Source: Reclinomonas americana ATCC 50394 (Eukaryota). From it: 64,000 nucleotides of DNA. Positions 53,734-61,605 of the stretch are shown one piece after another. Within the stretch, counting starts at the first letter, position 1. Every line of letters starts with the position of its first letter. The notes below the pieces were generated by a model. It saw only the letters and a program-made list of their open reading frames with translations. It was not told the origin of the DNA and searched no databases. The translations under genes were made by a program, and so were the position numbers. Location of the stretch: contig PS015010.1 in assembly GCA_048213135.1 (NCBI GenBank), positions 1,178,001-1,242,000 on the forward strand, written 5' to 3'.

Positions 53734-54720
53734 ATGGACCTGTCTATCGTAGTACCGCTTTTTAACGAAGAAGAATCGCTCCCCGAACTGGTAGCATGGA
53801 TAGAACGTGTGATGACGGCAAACGGCTACAGCTACGAAGTGATACTGGTAGACGATGGCAGCACCGACGAATCCTGGCCGGTGATCGAATCATTACGGGC
53901 GGGCAACCCTTTAGTAAAAGGCATCAAATTTCAGCGCAACTACGGAAAAAGCGCCGCCCTTAACGAGGGCTTCAAAGCCGCCTCCGGTGATGTGGTGATC
54001 ACAATGGATGCTGACATGCAGGACAGTCCCGATGAAATACCCGAACTCCGCCGCATGATACTGGAAGATGGTTTTGACATGGTGAGCGGCTGGAAAAAGA
54101 AGAGATACGATAACACGTTTACCAAAAATATCCCTTCCAAACTGTTCAACGCCGCGGCCAGGAGAAGTTCGGGTATCAAACTGAACGATTTTAACTGCGG
54201 ACTGAAAGCCTACCGGAAAAAAGTGATCAAAAGCATTGAAGTGTATGGCGAAATGCACCGGTATATACCTATCCTGGCCAAGTGGGCCGGCTTCAGGAAG
54301 ATCGGTGAAAAAGTGGTGGAACACCGTGCCCGGAAATACGGCGTCACCAAATTTGGCTGGGAACGTTTTGTCAATGGTTTTCTCGACCTGTTCTCTATTA
54401 TGTTTGTCGGTAAGTTTGGCAAACGTCCTATGCATTTTTTCGGCCTGTGGGGTACCTTATTCTTTGCCGCCGGCCTGTCCGTCTTCACCTACCTTACTGT
54501 GTCCAAATTCTTTTTCGACAAAACGGGTCTTACCCAACGCCCGCTTTTCTTTTTTGCCATACTGGTCATGATCATCGGTTCCCAGCTTTTCCTGGCGGGC
54601 TTCATCGGTGAACTCATCGCCCGTAATTCCCCGGAAAGGAATCATTACCTTATCGAAAAAAGATCGGTACGGATACCGGCGCCTGATTTTTCATACGTGA
54701 CATCCACCATAAAAAAATAG
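53734..54720 (+). CDS. Glycosyltransferase family 2 (ArnC/DPM1-like, two C-terminal TM helices)
   Basis: VVPLFNEEE, VDDGSTD, RNYGKSAAL, MDADMQD, DFNCGLKAY. The 3' end may be frameshifted (see findings). Confidence 0.9.
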   Translation: MDLSIVVPLFNEEESLPELVAWIERVMTANGYSYEVILVDDGSTDESWPVIESLRAGNPLVKGIKFQRNYGKSAALNEGFKAASGDVVITMDADMQDSPDEIPELRRMILEDGFDMVSGWKKKRYDNTFTKNIPSKLFNAAARRSSGIKLNDFNCGLKAYRKKVIKSIEVYGEMHRYIPILAKWAGFRKIGEKVVEHRARKYGVTKFGWERFVNGFLDLFSIMFVGKFGKRPMHFFGLWGTLFFAAGLSVFTYLTVSKFFFDKTGLTQRPLFFFAILVMIIGSQLFLAGFIGELIARNSPERNHYLIEKRSVRIPAPDFSYVTSTIKK

Positions 54721-55841
54721 TGATCATTGGACCGGCGCACCCTTTAAGGGGCGGCCTGGCCACCTTCGATGAAAGGCTGGCAAGGCAGTTTACTGCCGAA
54801 GGGCTGGATTGCAGCATTTATTCCTTCTCCCTGCAGTACCCCGGCTTCCTGTTCCCGGGCACAACACAGTACTCTGATCAGCCCGCGCCCGAAGGCATCG
54901 ATATACACACCCGGATCAATTCCATTAATCCGTTCAACTGGATCAGCGTAGGCAGGGAATTGAAGAAGCTGGCTCCGGATATCATTGTGGTCAGGTTCTG
55001 GATACCGCTGATGGGCCCCTGTCTGGGCACGATTCTCCGCATCGCCAAAAAGAATAAACATACCCGGGTGGTCTGTATTGCCGACAATATCATTCCGCAT
55101 GAGAAACGGTTCGGCGACAAACCTTTTACCCGGTACTTTTTAAAACCTGTAGACGCCTGCATCACCATGAGTGAAAAAGTGTTGCAGGACCTGCGGAAAT
55201 TTGATGAAACAAAACCCGCCCGGCAGGTATTGCATCCGCTGTATGATAATTTCGGCAACAGGATCAGTAAAACAGAGGCCCGGAAAAAACTGGGTATTGC
55301 GGAAAATGACCGGTTGCTGCTCTTCTTCGGTTTCATCCGCAGGTATAAAGGACTGGATATTTTGTTTGATGCGCTGGCCATTGCCAATGCCGGTAAAAAA
55401 CATTCTTACAAACTGCTTGTTGCCGGTGAGTTCTATGAAGACCGCCAGCCTTTTAATGAGCAGGTGGACAAACTCGGTATAGCGCCGCAATTATACCTGC
55501 ATACTGATTTTATACCCGACAGCGAAGTGAAATACTACCTCTGTGCCGCCGATGTGGTGGTACAGCCTTACCGCAATGCCACGCAAAGCGGGGTTACGCC
55601 CCTTGCCTATCATTTTGAGGTGCCGATGATCGTAACCCGTGTAGGCGGGCTTCCTGCCCTTGTACCCGACGGCCGCGTGGGCATTGTGGCCGAACCTGAC
55701 CCCGCATCACTCGCCAAAGCCATCGATACCTTCTTCGAAAAAGGGGAACAGCATTTTTTACCGCACCTGGCCGAAGAAAAAAAGCGGTTCAGTTGGGAGA
55801 AAATGACAGAAAGCATCCTCCAAATGGCGCAATCATTATAA
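54720..55841 (+). CDS. Glycosyltransferase family 4
   Basis: GPAHPLRGG, FFGFIRRYKGLD, QPYRNATQSGV...P.IVTRVGGL. True start uncertain. Confidence 0.9.
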   Translation: MIIGPAHPLRGGLATFDERLARQFTAEGLDCSIYSFSLQYPGFLFPGTTQYSDQPAPEGIDIHTRINSINPFNWISVGRELKKLAPDIIVVRFWIPLMGPCLGTILRIAKKNKHTRVVCIADNIIPHEKRFGDKPFTRYFLKPVDACITMSEKVLQDLRKFDETKPARQVLHPLYDNFGNRISKTEARKKLGIAENDRLLLFFGFIRRYKGLDILFDALAIANAGKKHSYKLLVAGEFYEDRQPFNEQVDKLGIAPQLYLHTDFIPDSEVKYYLCAADVVVQPYRNATQSGVTPLAYHFEVPMIVTRVGGLPALVPDGRVGIVAEPDPASLAKAIDTFFEKGEQHFLPHLAEEKKRFSWEKMTESILQMAQSL

Positions 55842-55862
55842 ATTACAGCTTTAATTGCAGGT

Positions 55863-56885
55863 ATGATATACAGAAGTAAAGCGCCGCTGCGCATAGGACT
55901 TGCAGGCGGCGGAACAGATGTGAGTCCTTACAGTGACCAGTATGGCGGTGCTATCCTCAACGTTACGATCTCGCTTTCGGCCTATGCAACCATTGAGCTG
56001 ACGGAAACCGGGGAGATTATCGTGGAAGCACTGGACCGGAAAGAACAGCAACGCTTTCCCCTGACCAATGAACTGCCCATCGACGGCACACTCGACCTGC
56101 TCAAAGGCGTGTATAACCGTATACAGAAAGACTATCCCTTTCCTGCCCGGGGGCTTCGCCTGTCTACTTTCGTAGATGCGCCTGCCGGTTCGGGCCTTGG
56201 TACTTCCTCCACCCTTGTAGTAGCCATTCTGGGAGCCTTTGTGGAAATGCTCAAACTGCCGATGGGTGAATACGATATCGCCCATTATGCTTATGAAATA
56301 GAACGGAATGACCTTAAACTGGCGGGTGGTAAACAAGACCAGTACGCGGCGACTTTCGGCGGTGTTAACTTCATGGAGTTCTATGACAATGACAAAGTGA
56401 TCGTGAACCCGCTTCGTGTCAAAAGCCAGTACCTGCACGAGCTGGAAAATAACCTGGTGCTGTATTTCACCTCTACCTCACGTGAAAGCGCCGCCATCAT
56501 CAAAGAACAGGTAAAAAACGTGACCGGCAATAATGAGAAGAGCATTGATGCCATGCACCAGCTAAAGGAACAGGCGCAAATGATGAAGGAAGCGCTGCTC
56601 AAAGGCCGGGTACACGACATTGGTTCCATCCTCGATTATGGTTTTGAACAGAAACGGCTGATGGCTGCCAATATCAGTAACCCGCAGATAGAAGAAGTAT
56701 ATGACGCGGCGAAAAAAGCAGGCGCCACCGGCGGAAAGATCAGCGGCGCGGGCGGCGGCGGATTCATGATCTTTTATTGCCCCGGCAACAGCCGCCACGG
56801 CGTTATTGAAATATTGAATAACTTTGGCGGCGATATTAAAAAATATTCTTTTACCAAATACGGGCTTACTACCTGGAGTATTTAA
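55863..56885 (+). CDS. hddA: D-glycero-alpha-D-manno-heptose-7-phosphate kinase (GHMP family)
   Basis: APLRIGLAGGGTDV, PAGSGLGTSS, GGKQDQYAATFGG, GKISGAGGGGF; adjacent to gmhA. Confidence 0.9.
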   Translation: MIYRSKAPLRIGLAGGGTDVSPYSDQYGGAILNVTISLSAYATIELTETGEIIVEALDRKEQQRFPLTNELPIDGTLDLLKGVYNRIQKDYPFPARGLRLSTFVDAPAGSGLGTSSTLVVAILGAFVEMLKLPMGEYDIAHYAYEIERNDLKLAGGKQDQYAATFGGVNFMEFYDNDKVIVNPLRVKSQYLHELENNLVLYFTSTSRESAAIIKEQVKNVTGNNEKSIDAMHQLKEQAQMMKEALLKGRVHDIGSILDYGFEQKRLMAANISNPQIEEVYDAAKKAGATGGKISGAGGGGFMIFYCPGNSRHGVIEILNNFGGDIKKYSFTKYGLTTWSI

Positions 56886-56888
56886 ATC

Positions 56889-57476
56889 ATGTCTGATAAA
56901 ATAAAATCGATCATATCTGCTTCCATTGACGTAAAACAACAGGTTTTACAGGATGAAGTAATCATAAGGACCATCAGCGACTGTGTGGCTCTTATTGTAA
57001 AAGCATTTGAGAACGGCAATAAAGTATTGTTTTGCGGAAATGGCGGGAGTGCAGCAGACGCACAGCACCTGGCAGCCGAGTTCAGCGGCAGGTTCTATAC
57101 CGACCGCGACGCTTTGCCGGCAGAAGCGCTTCATTGCAACAGCTCCTACCTCACCGCCGTTGCCAATGATTACAGCTATGATGTGATCTATTCCCGCCTG
57201 ATCAAAGGCATCGGCAATAAAGGCGATGTGCTGGTGGGATTGAGTACATCCGGCAACAGTAAGAACATCATCAGGGCATTTGAAACGGCGCATGAAAAAG
57301 GCATGATCAATATCGCTTTTACCGGGGCAACCGGCGGCGCTATGAAAGACCTGGCCGATCACCTGGTGAATGTACCATCTACAGACACGCCAAGGATACA
57401 GGAAAGCCATATCCTGCTGGGACATATCATTTGCCAGCTGGTGGAAGAACAATATTTCCGTGACACCAACGCCTAA
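56889..57476 (+). CDS. gmhA: Sedoheptulose-7-phosphate isomerase
   Basis: CGNGGSAADAQHLAAE, ANDY, STSGNS, TPRIQESH. Confidence 0.96.
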   Translation: MSDKIKSIISASIDVKQQVLQDEVIIRTISDCVALIVKAFENGNKVLFCGNGGSAADAQHLAAEFSGRFYTDRDALPAEALHCNSSYLTAVANDYSYDVIYSRLIKGIGNKGDVLVGLSTSGNSKNIIRAFETAHEKGMINIAFTGATGGAMKDLADHLVNVPSTDTPRIQESHILLGHIICQLVEEQYFRDTNA

Positions 57477-57479
57477 CGG

Positions 57480-58184
57480 ATGATCAGTGAAGCCATTATT
57501 TTAGCCGGTGGACTGGGTACACGTTTACGCAGCGTAGTCAGCGACCTGCCCAAGTGTATGGCTCCTGTTGCGGGTAAACCTTTCCTGCATCACGTTATCA
57601 GTTATTATCAGAAACAGGGCATTCAGCACTTTATTTTCGCGCTGGGCTATAAACATGAAGCCATAACCGGGTGGCTGGATGAAGTACACCCGCAACTGGA
57701 TTACAGCACCGTTATTGAAGAAGAACCCCTGGGTACCGGGGGGGCCATACAACTGGCCTGCAGTAAGGTTCGCGGTACGAATGTGATCATACTCAATGGC
57801 GACACACTCTTTCACGTTCAGCTCTCCGCCCTGTGTGAACTGCACCTTAACACCGGCGCTGATTGCACCCTCAGTCTGAAACCCATGCGGGACTTTGACC
57901 GGTATGGCGTGGTGGAAATAACGACTGAGCAGCAGGTGATCTCTTTCCGCGAAAAACAGTTTTATACTTCGGGTACTATTAATGGCGGGGTATATGCATT
58001 GAATAAGGAAAAGTTCGTGGCGGAAGGACTGCCACAAAAATTTTCCTTTGAAAAAGATTACCTGGAAGCATTCGTCAGCAAGAGAAATATGTACGCCCTC
58101 GTACAGGATGCTTATTTTATCGACATCGGCATACCGGAAGATTATGCTAAAGCAAATAGTGAATTGGAAGATTTGAAAATGTAA
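57480..58184 (+). CDS. hddC: Sugar-1-phosphate nucleotidyltransferase (heptose-1-P guanylyltransferase-like)
   Basis: ILAGGLGTRL...PK, PLGTGGAI, NGDT, FIDIGIPEDY; operon context. Confidence 0.82.
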   Translation: MISEAIILAGGLGTRLRSVVSDLPKCMAPVAGKPFLHHVISYYQKQGIQHFIFALGYKHEAITGWLDEVHPQLDYSTVIEEEPLGTGGAIQLACSKVRGTNVIILNGDTLFHVQLSALCELHLNTGADCTLSLKPMRDFDRYGVVEITTEQQVISFREKQFYTSGTINGGVYALNKEKFVAEGLPQKFSFEKDYLEAFVSKRNMYALVQDAYFIDIGIPEDYAKANSELEDLKM

Positions 58185-58197
58185 CAATTTGAAAATG
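58162..58197 (+). repeat. Degenerate 8-bp tandem array (RATTTGAA/RATGTnnn family)
   Basis: aattggaa/gatttgaa/aatgtaac/aatttgaa/aatg, spanning the last codons and stop of hddC. Confidence 0.7.
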
Positions 58198-58220
58198 CTC
58201 CCGGTTAAAAACTGCTCTTC

Positions 58221-58248
58221 AATTCATCATTCCTAATTTATAATTAAC
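58221..58248 (+). repeat. Degenerate 7-bp tandem array
   Basis: aattcat/cattcct/aatttat/aattaac, just before the gmhB start. Confidence 0.6.
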
Positions 58249-58253
58249 TACAG

Positions 58254-58823
58254 TTGTCAACCCCGCTCCCAACCATAACCCACGACTGGACATTGTTTCT
58301 TGACCGCGATGGTGTGATCAATCATGAGAAGCACAAAGACTATATCCATACCTGGGATGAATTCTTTTTTTACGATGGTGTGAAAGAAGCGGTGGCTGTA
58401 TTCGCCCGTCACTTCCGCTACATTTTCGTTGTCACCAATCAAAAAGGTGTTGGCCGCGGGCTTACCCGTTTGCAGGACCTGGAACTGATCCATCGCAATA
58501 TGACCACGGAACTGGAACATGCCGGCGGAAGGATCGACGCCATTTATTTTTGCCCCGATACCGACGAGAACAGCCCTAACCGCAAACCCAACCCGGGTAT
58601 GGGTTTGCAGGCAATGCAGGAGCACCCTGCCGTTGATATCAACAGATCAATAATGGTGGGCAATACGCTTGGTGATATGGAGTTCGGACGTAACCTGGGC
58701 GTGGCATTCAACATATTTCTGCCTACCACCAGGCCCGAAGTTGACCAGTCGGACCCACGCATCGATGCCGTATACCCTTCCCTGGCCGCCTTTGCCCGGG
58801 CCCTCGAAGCTTCTAAGCTTTAG
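58254..58823 (+). CDS. gmhB: D-glycero-D-manno-heptose-1,7-bisphosphate phosphatase (HAD-IIIA)
   Basis: FLDRDGVIN, VTNQKGVGRG, YFCP, RKPNPGM. Confidence 0.9.
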   Translation: MSTPLPTITHDWTLFLDRDGVINHEKHKDYIHTWDEFFFYDGVKEAVAVFARHFRYIFVVTNQKGVGRGLTRLQDLELIHRNMTTELEHAGGRIDAIYFCPDTDENSPNRKPNPGMGLQAMQEHPAVDINRSIMVGNTLGDMEFGRNLGVAFNIFLPTTRPEVDQSDPRIDAVYPSLAAFARALEASKL

Positions 58824-58886
58824 TTAAATTTTGGTGAGCGGTGCCTATTATTGGCTATGTTGCAGGGGATTAGTTATTTTTATTGC

Positions 58887-59861
58887 ATGAAGAAAATCAC
58901 GGGTATCGTTTTATTGTTGCTGGTATGCTCAACCGGACAGGCGCAGCGGATTTCTTCCGAGTCTGCAGCCAGGCTTCGCGAAAAAGAAGACACCCTGAAA
59001 AAATATGCCGCTACCATTATCCGCGGCATCAATGCTTCTGACCGTTTCAATGCCGACAGTCTTTTTACCCGTGTACTGGTAAGGGCTTTGAGAGAAAAGA
59101 ATTCTTTTTACTATCCTTTCGATTCGCTGGAAACCATTTCCCGCATCTATGCACCCGATACCAGCTTCCGTTTATTTACCTGGCAGATGGTGATCAACGA
59201 CAACGTTATTCGTCAGCATGGGGCTATACAAATGCGTACCTACGATGGCTCGCTGAAACTGTTCCCGCTGATCGACAAATCGGAAGTGACCACGCAACTG
59301 ACCGATACGGTAGGCAATAATTTAGGCTGGATAGGCGCCATCTACTACAACATCATCCTCAAGAAAAACGGCAACCAGAACTTTTATACCTTGCTGGGCT
59401 TCGATGAAAATAATATCCGCAGCAACCGCAAGATCATAGAAGTACTCCGTTTCGTTAATGACGAACCTGTTTTTGGCGGCCGTTATTTCAGTTATGAAGA
59501 TGACGCGGTTTTTAAAACCTCGCACAGCCGCTACATCATGGAATACAAAAAGGAAGCGGGTCCCAGGCTGAACTACGATCCGGACCTGGATGTGATCGTC
59601 GTTGAGCACCTGGTTTCCGAATCCAACGAACCCACAAAGAAATGGACACTGGTTGGTGATGGAGACTATGAAGGATTCAAGTGGAAAAACGGCAAATGGG
59701 TACACATCAACAAAATATACAACCAGGTAACCCCGTTGGGCAAAGAACCCCTCCCCGCTCCCATACGCGATGATAAGGGCACTATGGATGAAACGAAGCT
59801 GAAAGGCAATGAAGAATCGAATCCCAAGCCTCCCCCCACCAAACCTAAAAAGATCGACTAA
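58887..59861 (+). CDS. Conserved hypothetical secreted protein
   Basis: Signal peptide; SFYYPFDSL, FRLFTWQ, WIGAIYY, YTLLGFD, GDGDYEGFKW.NGKW. Confidence 0.75.
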   Translation: MKKITGIVLLLLVCSTGQAQRISSESAARLREKEDTLKKYAATIIRGINASDRFNADSLFTRVLVRALREKNSFYYPFDSLETISRIYAPDTSFRLFTWQMVINDNVIRQHGAIQMRTYDGSLKLFPLIDKSEVTTQLTDTVGNNLGWIGAIYYNIILKKNGNQNFYTLLGFDENNIRSNRKIIEVLRFVNDEPVFGGRYFSYEDDAVFKTSHSRYIMEYKKEAGPRLNYDPDLDVIVVEHLVSESNEPTKKWTLVGDGDYEGFKWKNGKWVHINKIYNQVTPLGKEPLPAPIRDDKGTMDETKLKGNEESNPKPPPTKPKKID

Positions 59862-59917
59862 AGTACGGTGTGTTTGTGAAAAATAAGATGTTGCGCATCT
59901 TATACCCAAACACGACT

Positions 59918-60424
59918 ATGACGCACGCCATCACTATTCCCAAACCCTGTCATGAAGAGTGGAACGATATGTCACCGCGTGAAGGCGGAAGACACTGTTT
60001 TTCCTGTGCAAAGACGGTAGTCGATTTCACACAGATGCCTGATGAGGAAGTACAACGTTATCTGCTGGATCGCCTGCCCGGACAGGTTTGCGGCCGGTTT
60101 CGCCAGGAGCAGGTGCAACGCATCCGCATAGCATTGCCGGCAGATATTTTTAAAACATACATGCCTTTATGGAAACGTTTCCTGGCAGCGAGTTTACTGG
60201 CTTTCAGCATGATGCTGTTTTCCTGCGAATCAGACGTAACAGGTAAAGTGGAGGTACAGGGTACTGACCAGGTGCTGACGAAAACCGATACTTCGAAACA
60301 CCTCCCTGGCGATACCGTCATACAGGATAAACCAACTTGTGTAAAACCAACAGTAGTTATAGATACAACCGGTCCCGCAATCATGGGTGAGATAGGGCCC
60401 GTTCAGCCGGAAGTAAAAAACTAA
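59918..60424 (+). CDS. Hypothetical protein with N-terminal Cys-rich domain and internal lipoprotein-like signal
   Basis: IPKPCHEEWNDM...RHCFSCAKTVVDFT...VCGRF, then KRFLAASLLAFSMMLFSC. Confidence 0.75.
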   Translation: MTHAITIPKPCHEEWNDMSPREGGRHCFSCAKTVVDFTQMPDEEVQRYLLDRLPGQVCGRFRQEQVQRIRIALPADIFKTYMPLWKRFLAASLLAFSMMLFSCESDVTGKVEVQGTDQVLTKTDTSKHLPGDTVIQDKPTCVKPTVVIDTTGPAIMGEIGPVQPEVKN

Positions 60425-60430
60425 AAAATA

Positions 60431-60805
60431 TTATGCTTCAACCAGGAAGGTCCCCAGGTCAACCACTTCTCCTGCTCCCATTTTAAATTTCTCCAGTGCG
60501 GGAAGGTCCAGGTCTTCCATCACCTTACTCTGGAATACGAGATGATCATCTTTATACAAGGCGAAATACAGGTCGGGCATTTGCTCGATATTGAGGTTAT
60601 CACCAAAACTGTGGTGTGAAAAGCGGATGCTGGCACGGCCTTCGGCGTCAAGCGGACTGCTGCCCAGGTAATCATCTTCCATCAGGTCTTTATCAAACAA
60701 CCTCAATTCGAAACCTTCGCCTGTAATGGGAGCATCGCTGCCCTTACGGATAAATGAGGCGGTTACAGTAATGTTGATGTCCGGGTTCAGCGAGAAGTCT
60801 GTCAT
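60431..60805 (-). CDS. Hypothetical protein (small beta-sandwich, prealbumin/transthyretin-like)
   Basis: LRLFDKDL..DDYLG....D.EG...I.F...PDLYF pattern; fits between neighbouring genes. Confidence 0.65.
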   Translation of the reverse strand: MTDFSLNPDINITVTASFIRKGSDAPITGEGFELRLFDKDLMEDDYLGSSPLDAEGRASIRFSHHSFGDNLNIEQMPDLYFALYKDDHLVFQSKVMEDLDLPALEKFKMGAGEVVDLGTFLVEA

Positions 60806-60840
60806 ACAAATGATTTAGGCCTAAAGTTAAGATAAATGCG

Positions 60841-61581
60841 TTACTTGAAAAGGTCTGACCGGCTAATGCCGGCCCTGTGCAGCAGGCAGGCCAATGTGTT
60901 GGTAACAATACCCCATCCGTAGCGGCAACTCCTGCTGAAATTAATAGAAGACGCTTCAGGGAAATAGCGGGCCGGGCAGGATATTTCGCCGATGGTATAT
61001 TTCTTTGCTATCACCTGCAGCAGCAACTGATTGTCAAATACAAAATCATCGGAATTGGCCATGAAATTGATATTCTTCAGTACAACCACATCATATGCCC
61101 GGTAACCGGAATGGTACTCCGACAGTTTCTGGTTCAGCAACAGGTTCTGAAAAAAAGTAAGTGCCCGGTTGAAGAAGTACTTATAAAAAGGCATCCCGTT
61201 ATCCAGCGCATTCTTTCCTAAAATACGGCTTCCCATTACCACCGGGTAAATGCCGTCAGCAATCAACCCGGCCATGGCAGGAATCAGTTTGGGATTGTAC
61301 TGGTAATCAGGATGGAGCATGACAATGATGTCGGCATTCAGTTCCATGGCTTTGCTGTAACAGGTCTTCTGGTTACCGCCATAGCCCAGGTTATTATTGT
61401 GTGGGATAATATGAGGAATACCGAGCGAGCGGGCCACTTCAATGGTATTATCGGTACTGGCGTCATCTACAAGCACAATATCATCCACTATATCTAAAGG
61501 AATGTCAGCATAGGTTTGCCGGAGCGTTTTCGCGGCATTATAAGCCGGCATAACTACCACTACTTTTTTTCCTTTCAGCAT
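60841..61581 (-). CDS. Glycosyltransferase family 2 (DPM1-like, polyprenol-phosphate sugar synthase type)
   Basis: VMPAYNAAKTL, VDDASTD, NLGYGGNQK, HPDYQY, SEYHSGYRAY. Confidence 0.92.
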   Translation of the reverse strand: MLKGKKVVVVMPAYNAAKTLRQTYADIPLDIVDDIVLVDDASTDNTIEVARSLGIPHIIPHNNNLGYGGNQKTCYSKAMELNADIIVMLHPDYQYNPKLIPAMAGLIADGIYPVVMGSRILGKNALDNGMPFYKYFFNRALTFFQNLLLNQKLSEYHSGYRAYDVVVLKNINFMANSDDFVFDNQLLLQVIAKKYTIGEISCPARYFPEASSINFSRSCRYGWGIVTNTLACLLHRAGISRSDLFK

Positions 61582-61605
61582 AACCGCTAAAATAGCGCAT
61601 AGTTT

